Virus record (IMG/VR): IMGVR_UViG_3300042343_000347
DNA: 64,000 nt
Direction: 5' to 3' (one strand)
DNA from: a virus
Numbering within the stretch: position 1 is the first letter of the stretch; every line of letters starts with the position of its first letter. The notes beneath the pieces are model-generated. The model did not search any database. It had not been told where the DNA came from and saw nothing but the letters and a program-made list of their open reading frames with translations. The position numbers and the translations under genes were made by a program. Positions 1-9,158 of the stretch are shown here, one piece after another.

Positions 1-1445
1 TCTACGCTCTCGCCACTCTCAAAGTCAACTGTGAGCATAGTACCACGCTCTTGATTCATGACTGCTTCATATTCAAGACTGCCGAACAAGCCTTCCCAAA
101 GCAACGAACTCATCTCAAGATCATCATCTTCGTCATAGCGTTTCTTTTCGCTTGCTAATCTTCGTGCTTTCTCAGTGAGGTGATGCTCAGTCAATGTAGG
201 ACGCAATTGTGCAACGATAGTCTCGGGAGCCATGTTCAATGAACGAATGGCGCTAGGATACAGACTGTTGATATCGATAGCAGCCACATATTCGTGTATG
301 CCTTTCTTTGGCACAGCGACATATGCACCGGCTGCAGCCATATCACTTTCTTTTGCATTTCTCTTTTTATCAGGAACCATCATGCCGCGCTCATGCGCTT
401 CGTTCATGATAGCCATCTCAATCATCGCTACTGAACCCATGACTGTTGGCAACAGTACTGTATTCTCATGCGCTAGTGCGTTAGCAAGATCAAGGAACTT
501 GAGTTTGTTGTGGATCTTTACAAGCAACATAGTATCCTGTCTGTTGTATTCAATAAACTTCTTGAAGTCCTTGTTATAGAGTTGGTCAAGAGTACCTTCA
601 TACTGTGTCTTATTCTCACCGACTTCCATCTCACCGATGAAATCTAGTTTATAACTGTGACGGCTTTCGTAGTTGTACTTCTTATACAACTGTAGATAGT
701 CCATATGAATACGACCAACAAGGTCATATGTCACTTCTTCTTTGCCGAAACGTTCATATGTCCTTGATTTAGGAGTCTGCCCAAGCAAGCAGAATTTGCG
801 TGTATCATCTTTGCTCATGATACGTGTGACACGATTGACCATGTAGGGTATATCGTATCCTTCTGAGTTCCAGCCTGTGAGTACGTCTGCATCTTTGATC
901 AACTCAAAGAATGTCTCAAACATCTCAATCTCTGACCTGAACAATATAGTATTACCTAAGTCAGTAGTCAAGTCATGCGCAGTTTCATCGCTCATGTGCT
1001 TGGGCGGGATAGCAAGTGTGACAAGTGTATCTTGCCAATCCAAGTACATTGAGATAGCCGTGACCGGATTGAAAGGATCACTCGTTGGACTAAAGCCCTT
1101 CTCTGGGTCAAAGTCTACCTCAATGTCAAAGAAACATGTATGGAGTTTTGGAGGCTCACTGCCTAAGTAGTTTTCACTTAGACAGCGGAACACCACATTG
1201 ATGTCCGATTCAAACAGTTTCTTATTGCTGTGGATTCGTTTTTCTTTTTCGAACTCAGTACGCTTTCTTGTGCTGAAGCGTGATATGGGATCGCCATATA
1301 TACTGCGATATTTACCCTTAGGGTCAGTATAATACAAAGTATAGTTGGCAGGAAACTCGTTGTATGTGCGCTTGCCGTCAGGCTGTCGCTCTACGACAAA
1401 TATCCTGTCGCTGTCTCTATCGTGAATCGCGTCAACGTAACTCAT
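1..1445 (-). CDS. DNA polymerase family B (T4 gp43-like), N-terminal part; runs off the window start
   Basis: Not in the ORF track because no stop lies in the window. Manual translation from ATG at 1445 gives MSYVDAIHDRDSDRIFVVER. In frame are ExoI FFDIEVD (~1110-1133) and motif A AIDINSLYPSAIR (~240-283). Confidence 0.93.
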   Translation of the reverse strand, partial: MSYVDAIHDRDSDRIFVVERQPDGKRTYNEFPANYTLYYTDPKGKYRSIYGDPISRFSTRKRTEFEKEKRIHSNKKLFESDINVVFRCLSENYLGSEPPKLHTCFFDIEVDFDPEKGFSPTSDPFNPVTAISMYLDWQDTLVTLAIPPKHMSDETAHDLTTDLGNTILFRSEIEMFETFFELIKDADVLTGWNSEGYDIPYMVNRVTRIMSKDDTRKFCLLGQTPKSRTYERFGKEEVTYDLVGRIHMDYLQLYKKYNYESRHSYKLDFIGEMEVGENKTQYEGTLDQLYNKDFKKFIEYNRQDTMLLVKIHNKLKFLDLANALAHENTVLLPTVMGSVAMIEMAIMNEAHERGMMVPDKKRNAKESDMAAAGAYVAVPKKGIHEYVAAIDINSLYPSAIRSLNMAPETIVAQLRPTLTEHHLTEKARRLASEKKRYDEDDDLEMSSLLWEGLFGSLEYEAVMNQERGTMLTVDFESGESV

Positions 1446-2061
1446 TCTTTATTCTATTATAAATTTGTTCTGCTTGCAACCTGTTGCTTTCCATACCGGG
1501 ATGCCTGCCGTCTAATGCATAGTCATCCATTATCAATATCATATCCCAGAAATTTTTTAGATTCAGTGTGCTAGGTGGTCTTTCTTGACAACCATCTTGT
1601 ACACCATGAAAATAAAAATTCTTTATATTTCTTGAGGTCAGATACAACTCTACGTGCTGTATGGCTAACCAATTGTACCAATAATATTTTTCTTTCAAGA
1701 AAGGCTCATCGATCTCGGACATTATCAATCTTTTATGCTCAGGCGTGTCCTTGTTAATCAACGTAGCGTTTCCTTCTGACATATCATTAAATTGATGACA
1801 GAAATACCTATCAAAATATGAGAAGGCAGTGATAACTATATCGTCAGGATATAGTTCTGCTTTAAGAACCTTCATCATGATCGCTAGATTACCTATACCA
1901 GCATTGGCTAGGTTGACACACTCTATTCCCAGTTTATTAGCGACCATGTTGGGCCAGCCCAACTTGCTAGGTGTCAGTGCCGGGAGATTAGGGGGTATAT
2001 GACAATCTGGTAGTGCGTGTCCATATACAAAAGAACACCCGAACGTCACTAATCTAGGCAT
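1432..2061 (-). CDS. SGNH/GDSL hydrolase-like protein
   Basis: N-terminal FGCSFVYG, NLANAGIGN and C-terminal DGRHPG (DxxHP) blocks. Confidence 0.6.
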   Translation of the reverse strand: MPRLVTFGCSFVYGHALPDCHIPPNLPALTPSKLGWPNMVANKLGIECVNLANAGIGNLAIMMKVLKAELYPDDIVITAFSYFDRYFCHQFNDMSEGNATLINKDTPEHKRLIMSEIDEPFLKEKYYWYNWLAIQHVELYLTSRNIKNFYFHGVQDGCQERPPSTLNLKNFWDMILIMDDYALDGRHPGMESNRLQAEQIYNRIKNELR

Positions 2062-2344
2062 TCAATACCCTCACTAATCCTACAGTGTCTATGACCGTCA
2101 ACAACATATAATTTGCTAACATGCCAAAACTACTACGTGTCCATGCAGCCCATGCATACATAGCGCACCCCATTATCCACAATGTGTATAACAATACTAA
2201 AGGTGGATTAGGTACAGTCAATGCCATCAATAATGAACAGCCTATGCTGATCATCCAGGCTATGACTTCTATGAAGAAACGGAATCGATTGGATCTGTAA
2301 TCGTCAAGTATCCAATTGAAAACGTCACGAAAAATATCGATCAC
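2054..2344 (-). CDS. small integral membrane protein
   Basis: About three hydrophobic helices; coupled to neighbouring genes. Confidence 0.6.
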   Translation of the reverse strand: MIDIFRDVFNWILDDYRSNRFRFFIEVIAWMISIGCSLLMALTVPNPPLVLLYTLWIMGCAMYAWAAWTRSSFGMLANYMLLTVIDTVGLVRVLNA

Positions 2345-2601
2345 AATGTTTTCCCGACTGTCTCCAAGATAGTGTTGAGTTCTTCGTTTTCTTTGTTAGT
2401 CTCACCTAGTCGTGCCTTATAGGCTACGCGAATTGCCTTCTTAAGGATGCTTGGCTTGACTTCAAGTTCTTCTGCGATAGCCTTGACTGTATCAGTCAGG
2501 CCCTCTTGCAATGTCTCAACTTCTTGCATGACTGCCATGCCCTCGTTGATAAGTTGCGTGAGTTTGATTTTTGCTTCGTTATTAAAAGTGCGTGTTGACA
2601 T
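2341..2601 (-). CDS. small helical dsDNA-binding protein (T4 DsbA/GapR-like)
   Basis: 86 aa coiled pattern with KAIAEELEVKPSILKKAIRVAYK; GAGGAG SD and its own sigma70 promoter. Confidence 0.5.
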   Translation of the reverse strand: MSTRTFNNEAKIKLTQLINEGMAVMQEVETLQEGLTDTVKAIAEELEVKPSILKKAIRVAYKARLGETNKENEELNTILETVGKTL

Positions 2602-2628
2602 TAGATTACTCCTCTATGTGAATTAGTT

Positions 2629-2657
2629 AGTATACTACACTGTTGTAAATAAGTCAA
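2629..2657 (-). promoter_or_regulatory. sigma70-type promoter
   Basis: TTGACT-N17-TATACT on the minus strand. Confidence 0.75.
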
Positions 2658-2674
2658 ACTTTTTACGTCCAAAC

Positions 2675-2923
2675 CTATTGATATTTCAGTTTTAGGAACA
2701 TATATTCCTCTTCTTTCATGGAAATGATTGCATCTTTGGAACTTGTGAGTTTTACTTTATAACCAAATGTTTCAAACTTCCTAAGTACTTGCGTTTTTAT
2801 CTCTTCGGGTCTAGTCTTAGAAAAATTAGTAACTAGATAGTTCCTGAATTCAGGATCCATACTATCCACCTTTTCATAGATATAAGCCCATAACCATTGA
2901 TTTTTATTTAGGCTGACTAGCAT
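2675..2923 (-). CDS. hypothetical protein
   Basis: ORF in operon orientation. Confidence 0.55.
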   Translation of the reverse strand: MLVSLNKNQWLWAYIYEKVDSMDPEFRNYLVTNFSKTRPEEIKTQVLRKFETFGYKVKLTSSKDAIISMKEEEYMFLKLKYQ

Positions 2924-3503
2924 CTAGGATTAATTTTTTGATGACTTTCTCAATACCGGGATTGACATGATATACATGCTCGACCATATGCTTCCTAATA
3001 TAGTTTCGCATGTACTTGTCGTCATGATTAGACTTGTCTTCTCTCCACTCTAACCCTTTACGCATACACCAGTCAATGAATTCTTGTTTGGGATTTAGCA
3101 AGAAAGGTCTGTGTACATTTTTACGTGTATCGGGAATAACTTTAGGTTCTCCGTGCATAGCAGACCAAATATATGTCTCAATGCAGTCGTTCAAATGATG
3201 ACCAGTGACAACATATTCAAATTGTTCTAAGAAACGATAACGCTCATTGCGCCAGTGTTCTTCCCAACTATGATCTTTGGGTTTTTCGTTACGGATATAA
3301 CCAATATGTAATGAGATGTTTCTACTACTACAATGATGGAAAACAAAGTCGTAAGCATTGTCGCTGGCTTCAGTACCGTGATGAAAAAATGCCGCATCAA
3401 CTTCATGATTGTTGCTCAGAAAATCTAAGATGGCAACGCTATCCACACCACCGCTAAATGCGACAGTGATTTTTCGAGGCAACTTATGAAGTAATTGGAT
3501 CAT
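2904..3503 (-). CDS. tilS: tRNA(Ile)-lysidine synthase-like PP-loop ATPase (catalytic domain only)
   Basis: AFSGGVDS PP-loop, RNERY, TGHHLNDCIET, HRPFL, EDKSN and RNYIR motifs typical of TilS. Confidence 0.85.
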   Translation of the reverse strand: MIQLLHKLPRKITVAFSGGVDSVAILDFLSNNHEVDAAFFHHGTEASDNAYDFVFHHCSSRNISLHIGYIRNEKPKDHSWEEHWRNERYRFLEQFEYVVTGHHLNDCIETYIWSAMHGEPKVIPDTRKNVHRPFLLNPKQEFIDWCMRKGLEWREDKSNHDDKYMRNYIRKHMVEHVYHVNPGIEKVIKKLILDASQPK

Positions 3504-3509
3504 ACCTAT

Positions 3510-3538
3510 ATTATACGATATAGGATATGGATTTGCAA
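3510..3538 (-). promoter_or_regulatory. sigma70-type promoter, leaderless tilS transcript
   Basis: TTGCAA-N17-TATAAT-N6-ATG. Confidence 0.7.
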
Positions 3539-3541
3539 CTT

Positions 3542-3925
3542 TTATTGGAAAATGTGGTGATTCTTTTCGCCGTAAATCTTGATGTATTTTCCGGCTAGCA
3601 TATCTGCCATGCTCTCGACTGGGCTGCCGGGATAACTGTCCCCGTGATCGACCATGTCTAATTCACCCTGACGAACGTGAACCAATTCATGAAATACGGT
3701 GCGTAATATGTCTACAAGGTTTCGATTTTTAGCATAAACCCAAATAGTATCTCCACCGATCATATGCCCACCGGTATGATGGTTATTCTGGGCTTCTTCC
3801 GTATCCATGCTTAATTCAATCTTGGGCGGATCGCTAATATTGAGTTTGCCGCATGCCCACTTAGCAAATTTATTTACTTCGCTAGGTATGTCTGCTCTGG
3901 ATCTGACGAAATCTTCTGTGCGCAT
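3542..3925 (-). CDS. HEXXH zinc metallopeptidase-like protein
   Basis: LRTVFHELVHVRQ plus a downstream ESMAD. Confidence 0.65.
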   Translation of the reverse strand: MRTEDFVRSRADIPSEVNKFAKWACGKLNISDPPKIELSMDTEEAQNNHHTGGHMIGGDTIWVYAKNRNLVDILRTVFHELVHVRQGELDMVDHGDSYPGSPVESMADMLAGKYIKIYGEKNHHIFQ

Positions 3926-3930
3926 TGTAG

Positions 3931-3938
3931 TATTTATA
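3931..3938 (-). promoter_or_regulatory. T4-type late promoter (TATAAATA)
   Basis: Perfect TATAAATA 5 nt upstream of ATG 3925. Confidence 0.7.
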
Positions 3939-4713
3939 CTTTGTACCCTTTGGCAACCATAGCATCACGTATCAATAATGCTAACTGCATATGTCCTTGA
4001 ATTCCCGGATGTGGATCTTCGCCACTCACCCTACCATACTCCCAAAATGGTTTAGCATGGTGTAATTTAGGATCTCTGATATCGTCTAACACGTTGAAGT
4101 TATTGTATAACGCATCCCTGTGATGTTCGGGCCAATTATGCCATAAATGACTTTGATGCCAAATATAAAATTCTTTCACCCCAAAAGCATCAAACATTCC
4201 TTTGAGTGCATAAGCATAACTGATAGTTCTATAAAAATCTTCTATAGGATGAGTTTCTGATATCTTTCTTGTAGCCTCTTCCCTGAGTTCTCGCAATCTT
4301 CCTAGGCTTCTATGATGCCTATCGTAAGTATATTGTATGTCTGTGCAAACTACATCGATCTTACAATTAACCCAGTAAGCCTGATTATCTTCCCATGCTT
4401 CTTTAGTACTGAGTGGATCATATTTTTCAAATCTAGACCACTCAGTAAATTGAATCACAGCAACAGTCCGCGCTAATTCTTCGGGTGTTTTGCTTAACAA
4501 CCAATTATAAGTTTTTCTTAATACACGTTGATTACTTCCACAACCGTTAGCAAGGTTGTAAACTTCATCAGCATGTAATAATGACCCTAGGTGATGTGGC
4601 CATAATAAAGAAAGCCTTCTATCATGGTCAGGTAAACCATTATGGGCATGAATAAAATGTGGTTCTAGTCCCCCACCCGCAGTCCAACTGCATCCATTAG
4701 TATATAGTATCAT
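3934..4713 (-). CDS. SGNH/GDSL hydrolase-like protein
   Basis: NGCSWTAG, NLANGCGSN, DPHPG; paralogue of 1432..2061. Confidence 0.6.
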   Translation of the reverse strand: MILYTNGCSWTAGGGLEPHFIHAHNGLPDHDRRLSLLWPHHLGSLLHADEVYNLANGCGSNQRVLRKTYNWLLSKTPEELARTVAVIQFTEWSRFEKYDPLSTKEAWEDNQAYWVNCKIDVVCTDIQYTYDRHHRSLGRLRELREEATRKISETHPIEDFYRTISYAYALKGMFDAFGVKEFYIWHQSHLWHNWPEHHRDALYNNFNVLDDIRDPKLHHAKPFWEYGRVSGEDPHPGIQGHMQLALLIRDAMVAKGYKV

Positions 4714-4732
4714 GTAGATATTTATTTACGTA

Positions 4733-5320
4733 TTATTTTGCTAATGGATTTTCCCAAGCCTTCTTGATCTTGTCGTCTACTTTTCTCTCAAGTTCCTTCA
4801 ATTTAGCATCTGACTCACGTTCTAGGGCTCTGATTCTATTCTGTAGATCACGCTCAGTATCACCTAAACGCTTATCGCTTTGATTCACAAAACCACGAGT
4901 ATCACGGTCTAACTCACGACCTCTACGCTCGGCTGCATCAACTGCCGCTTCGACACGATCTATATCCGCTTTTAGATCACTTCTGATACCGCGGGTCATG
5001 TCTTGATTCTGTTGAACCAGTATGACTAAACTTTCTTGACTCTTTTCTAACTTAGTCAATCGTGTCTCAATAGCAGTAAAATCAGGGCTTACATAATTAG
5101 CGATAGCATCCTTCATGTTCATGTAATCTTTATAAAACTCAAACGTAGCATAAAGACCACCGAGTACTGTTGATAATATACCGGCTGCTATCATCAATTT
5201 AGCAGGGGTGAAATTATAACCACCTACGCTGATGACTGTGTTCTCACTTAGATATTTTTCTTTAGCCGCTTCAAGTTCATCTACTTTAGCGTCAATGTCT
5301 GTCTTCTTTTTATTTGTCAT
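4733..5320 (-). CDS. single-pass membrane coiled-coil protein
   Basis: TM segment LMIAAGILSTVLGGLYATF followed by a long heptad-rich region; AGGAG SD. Confidence 0.7.
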   Translation of the reverse strand: MTNKKKTDIDAKVDELEAAKEKYLSENTVISVGGYNFTPAKLMIAAGILSTVLGGLYATFEFYKDYMNMKDAIANYVSPDFTAIETRLTKLEKSQESLVILVQQNQDMTRGIRSDLKADIDRVEAAVDAAERRGRELDRDTRGFVNQSDKRLGDTERDLQNRIRALERESDAKLKELERKVDDKIKKAWENPLAK

Positions 5321-5334
5321 TTTTTATTTTCTCC

Positions 5335-5520
5335 TTAATCCCAGAAACCCTTTTTTGTTTCTTCTAAGTAGGCTTGGGTTCTTAATTTAATACTACTAGG
5401 TGATGATGGTACACCCATATAGTTCGTTATGATCTCTCCCTTGCATCTTTCATATTCTTCTTTTTGCTCAGGTGTCATGTCCTTATAATCTTTAAATTCA
5501 TACCATTTTGGTTTTCTCAT
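5335..5520 (-). CDS. hypothetical protein
   Basis: 61 aa ORF coupled (ATGA) to the upstream gene. Confidence 0.5.
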   Translation of the reverse strand: MRKPKWYEFKDYKDMTPEQKEEYERCKGEIITNYMGVPSSPSSIKLRTQAYLEETKKGFWD

Positions 5521-7280
5521 TTGTATTGTGCCTCCACCATTTTATTATAAGTATCTGTGTTACCCTTTTCTAAAAAGTACATGCTACGCTTGTTGTCAGA
5601 AGGCACTTGATTTTTGTATATCTCTTTAGGTGCATAGAAAGATGTATCTCTCAATGCAAGTTGTAGATATGAATTATATCCTATAGGTTGCATCATCATT
5701 CTGTCTAAACTGATGCCCATAGACAATTCATTGTTTTGTGCATTTTTGTTTAATGGATTTTCTTTTTGCTCTGTGCTAGAACTATTATTAGTTTTTGTGT
5801 TGTTCTCTATGATTTCAGTCAATGGGTTAGCACGATTAGTTAAAAAATTGTTAGTGAATAAAACGTTCTCTACTTCTGCACTACGCAATCCAGTCATAGT
5901 AGTTGTTTGCACACTAGATGTTGATTGTGTAACTACCGGCTGTATCGATATCATAGATACCTGTGTGTCTATTGATTGTGCAGATTGATTGTTGTTTGAA
6001 ACATTCTGTTGCACACTTGCATTATTACCCATCATGACTTGGTTATTAACTGCACCAAGATTTTGCTGAGTGTTAGATGCTAAAGGTATACCCTGAGCAA
6101 ATGAAGAACTTTGCACATTACTTTGTTGTGTTATACTAACTTGTTGCGTGGCTGCTTGTATGCTTGCATTAGACGATGTATTTGCTACTGACATAGCAGT
6201 TTGTTCTGTGGCTCGCACAGCAGATTGTGCTACATCATTAGCGGCTTGTACAGCAGTTGTAGCAATCGCTTGTTCTTTCTTTTCATTGTTCTTGATCATA
6301 GTCAGTATTGATGAAAGACTTGGTCCACCGGAAGTAGAACTACCTTGTTGTGGTGCAGAACCTGAACTTGCTACATTGTTTGATGAGCCAGGAGGAGGTT
6401 GTGATCCTGGTGGCGGCTGTGATCCAGACGGAGCCGGCTGTGATGATCCACTTGGTGGTGGCTGACTAGTAGATGCTGTAGTTGTAGTCGTACTGCCGGG
6501 TGGAGGAGGCTCAGAGCCAGGTGGGGGAGGTGAACTATATGCAATCTGTTGTTCTTGCTGTTTGGGTTCTGACTCCGGAGGCGGCTTGCTAAATGTATCT
6601 GCTATCTCTATAGGACTAGATGTTCCTGTGTTAGTTGTAGTTGTTGTAGGTGTAGGTGATGTTGATGTTTGCTTAACGCTATAATTCAATGATAAAGATA
6701 TATCTCGTACCCTAGGACCATAATAACCACTCCAAAAATTCATGTCACTACCCGTCCATGATATAGAAATGTCACCTAAAGAATTTAGTTGATATGGACT
6801 ACTAAAAGTTTCAGTGCCTGTAAAGGTCTGAAAGGTAGCACCGGTATTTGTCAAACTATAATCATAGTTGTAGTATTCTAAAACTTTTCCTGTATTATTT
6901 GTAAGACTGCCATATACGTTTAATGAACCTCTAGTTCCAGAAGGATTATTTAAATCATTATATATCTTCCAAGAGTAATTAAAACCACCTACACTTATAC
7001 CTTGTCCGCTCAATACTGAATTGATCGCTATTATCTGACTTACTGTATACGGCATGTAACTAAAACGAATCGTATTAGTATCAGTGTTGAATGCTGGAGA
7101 AGGACCGCCACCAGTACCCTCTACTTGACCTAATTGAGTAGCATTCATGTAAATAACATTACCCCATTGTGTGGGATCCACCAAATTTGGTGTAGTCTGT
7201 ACACTACCTGTATTGGTGTTTATGTTTTGCGCACAGACTACGTTACTAACTAGCAACAATAAGGCTAAGAGTTTTTTCAT
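5517..7280 (-). CDS. secreted protein: beta-rich N-domain, Pro/Ser/Thr linker, Gln/Asn-rich C-terminus
   Basis: Signal peptide MKKLLALLLLVSNVVCA; SQPPPG repeats. Confidence 0.7.
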   Translation of the reverse strand: MKKLLALLLLVSNVVCAQNINTNTGSVQTTPNLVDPTQWGNVIYMNATQLGQVEGTGGGPSPAFNTDTNTIRFSYMPYTVSQIIAINSVLSGQGISVGGFNYSWKIYNDLNNPSGTRGSLNVYGSLTNNTGKVLEYYNYDYSLTNTGATFQTFTGTETFSSPYQLNSLGDISISWTGSDMNFWSGYYGPRVRDISLSLNYSVKQTSTSPTPTTTTTNTGTSSPIEIADTFSKPPPESEPKQQEQQIAYSSPPPPGSEPPPPGSTTTTTASTSQPPPSGSSQPAPSGSQPPPGSQPPPGSSNNVASSGSAPQQGSSTSGGPSLSSILTMIKNNEKKEQAIATTAVQAANDVAQSAVRATEQTAMSVANTSSNASIQAATQQVSITQQSNVQSSSFAQGIPLASNTQQNLGAVNNQVMMGNNASVQQNVSNNNQSAQSIDTQVSMISIQPVVTQSTSSVQTTTMTGLRSAEVENVLFTNNFLTNRANPLTEIIENNTKTNNSSSTEQKENPLNKNAQNNELSMGISLDRMMMQPIGYNSYLQLALRDTSFYAPKEIYKNQVPSDNKRSMYFLEKGNTDTYNKMVEAQYK

Positions 7281-8431
7281 TACTCAAACCAGCCCTTACT
7301 CTTACCTTTAGGTACCTTTTTAGGATTTGCTTCCCACGATACTTTTGCTTCTTCACCGATCTTACCTTCATATGGACAAGGAGTTCCGGCTGCCATCATA
7401 GCATCAAATACACGACGGTCTTGACACATAGCCGCTACAGCCGCTACTTTCATGCCCATGTCGTATAATGTCTTGGATAACTTTAAGCGTTCGCAATTCT
7501 CATCACGTAATGTAGAACCAAAACTTATACCAAGAATCTGTGTCTGTGCCGCACCTGAAACACCCGTTGTACATAAGTCAGCATTACCACCTGACAACAT
7601 TGCAGGAGCAATCGCTGTTGGTGGAGGTTGAATGACTTTCTGTGTGACAGTTGTTTCATTGATGTTGCGATTAGTCATCTCGCCTTGTTGTATGTTGACG
7701 TTTGTGTTACTGCTAACGTTGTTATTTGTATTAACATTGTTAGATGTTGAAGTGCTACTGTTGATGTTTCTGTTAGTCATATCACCGGTATTAACGTTAG
7801 TATTGACGTTATTATTAGTGCTTGTGCTAGTAGAAACATTGTTGTTATTATTGGTAACACTACCGCTCATCACATTGTTATTAGTATTAACAGATGTGCT
7901 AGCATTGTTATTATTGTACGTCATAGTACCACTATTGATGTTATTGTTGGTATTGACGGATGTGCTAGCATTGTTATTGTTATAAGTCATAGTACCGCTG
8001 TTGACATTATTGTTATTATATGTCATAGTACCGGTATTAACATTGTTATTGTTATTAGTCATCGTACCATTGTTGGTATTTTGATTGATGTTAGTAACAG
8101 TACCACTTTGAATGTTATTGTTTGTATTAACATTCGTTGATGTACTTGTGTTATTGTTATTATTGTTACTATTAACCGTACTAATGCTAGTACTATTATT
8201 ATTAGTAGTAGTCATGTTTGTAGTGTTAACACTACTGGTACTATTACTTGTGCTATTCGTATCAACTAAAGAGGTAGTTGTATAACCTCCTTGGTTGATA
8301 GGAGTAGTGGTACTAGTTGTCGTGCCACCACTAGTAGCCTGAGTGCTTGTATTTGTTGTGGTTTGTGCATATGCCGGAACGCTGCCTATAAAGGCAGCGA
8401 TTGTGGCCAACACAAGGATCTTTTTTATCAT
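7280..8431 (-). CDS. secreted Asn/Thr-repeat protein with Cys-containing C-terminal domain
   Basis: Signal peptide ending AYA-Q; NNNNVNSGTMTY-type repeats; C-terminal domain with 4 Cys (DLC, ENCER, MCQD, TPCP). Confidence 0.75.
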   Translation of the reverse strand: MIKKILVLATIAAFIGSVPAYAQTTTNTSTQATSGGTTTSTTTPINQGGYTTTSLVDTNSTSNSTSSVNTTNMTTTNNNSTSISTVNSNNNNNNTSTSTNVNTNNNIQSGTVTNINQNTNNGTMTNNNNNVNTGTMTYNNNNVNSGTMTYNNNNASTSVNTNNNINSGTMTYNNNNASTSVNTNNNVMSGSVTNNNNNVSTSTSTNNNVNTNVNTGDMTNRNINSSTSTSNNVNTNNNVSSNTNVNIQQGEMTNRNINETTVTQKVIQPPPTAIAPAMLSGGNADLCTTGVSGAAQTQILGISFGSTLRDENCERLKLSKTLYDMGMKVAAVAAMCQDRRVFDAMMAAGTPCPYEGKIGEEAKVSWEANPKKVPKGKSKGWFE

Positions 8432-8446
8432 TTTTATTGTTCCCTG

Positions 8447-8489
8447 TATAAGCCGAAGAGGTTTTACCTCTCGGTATGCTTATATTTAT
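8447..8489 (-). promoter_or_regulatory. late promoter plus 5' leader hairpin
   Basis: ATAAATA (8483-8489) overlapping the stem TATAAG-CATA-CCGA-GAGGT-AAA-ACCTC-T-TCGG-CTTATA. Confidence 0.5.
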
Positions 8490-8518
8490 GCGGAAACAGT
8501 GTAAAAAAGACTCAGCAG

Positions 8519-8791
8519 TTAACGGCGGCGATTGCTAGCGAGGGTTATCAACTTCTGCATGTTGTCAAACAAATCAGGATCTAAACTATATAGGTCTTGC
8601 ACCCACTGTTTTAAATCTATTTTTCTTAAATTGCGGCGTATGTCTGCCGCCTCACGATCATAGATGTCTAAGTCATCCCATTCGTTTTTTGGTTTATCAT
8701 GATCGTGCATCCAAGAACTCCAACTGTCCGTCATTGAATATATGTAGCATGCCGGGATAGTCAGCAAACTCAAACACATATCTAATATCAC
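8519..8791 (-). CDS. hypothetical protein (true start probably MHDHD near 8710)
   Basis: ORF in operon orientation; the 5' part overlaps the upstream gene. Confidence 0.45.
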   Translation of the reverse strand: MILDMCLSLLTIPACYIYSMTDSWSSWMHDHDKPKNEWDDLDIYDREAADIRRNLRKIDLKQWVQDLYSLDPDLFDNMQKLITLASNRRR

Positions 8792-8894
8792 CGCGAGTAG
8801 TAATCGCAGTACCTACAATCACACCGGCTGCCTGATATGTGCCACCTACTTTTTGTACCTTGTCACCTATTTTAAATTTAAAATCAGTTGTCAT
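8697..8894 (-). CDS. DfrB/R67 dihydrofolate reductase-like SH3-fold protein
   Basis: FKIGDKVQKVGG..GVIVG..T..Y.FE..YPGMLHIF...LE aligns by eye with R67 FGMGDRVRKKSG..GQIVG..T..YAVE..HPGSVQIY...LE. Confidence 0.55.
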   Translation of the reverse strand: MTTDFKFKIGDKVQKVGGTYQAAGVIVGTAITTRGDIRYVFEFADYPGMLHIFNDGQLEFLDARS

Positions 8895-9124
8895 ACGTAA
8901 TCCTTTAGTCCAAAATGTGCGCGAATCTTATCACCGTAACTTTTATAGGGATAACTGCTATCTTGTTCAGCAATCTTTGCACACTCTTCAATAATATTTT
9001 CAGCGAACCTTTGTAATCTCTCTGAGTTCACTTCGGGGTAAGTGCTACCGCCGGTCTGTAAAGCAATCTCATAGACCTTGTTGGTCATGCCTTTTGGTTT
9101 GTGTCTGTTGTAATCGTAGTTCAT
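8891..9124 (-). CDS. hypothetical protein
   Basis: 77 aa; FAENIIEECAKIA...IRAHFG pattern; own promoter. Confidence 0.6.
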   Translation of the reverse strand: MNYDYNRHKPKGMTNKVYEIALQTGGSTYPEVNSERLQRFAENIIEECAKIAEQDSSYPYKSYGDKIRAHFGLKDYV

Positions 9125-9130
9125 GATACT

Positions 9131-9158
9131 ATTTTATCATGAATATTGAAAATGTCAA
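9131..9158 (-). promoter_or_regulatory. sigma70-type promoter, leaderless
   Basis: TTGACA-N16-TAAAAT-N6-ATG. Confidence 0.65.

Noticed and set aside
232-1170. Plus-strand ORFs 232..579 and 877..1170
   Set aside because: They lie antisense to the PolB frame, which carries the ExoI and motif A signatures.
7632-7985. Poly-Leu/Val hydrophobic ORF on the plus strand
   Set aside because: It is the antisense reading of the Asn/Thr repeat gene (AAC/AAT give GTT/ATT/TTG patterns).
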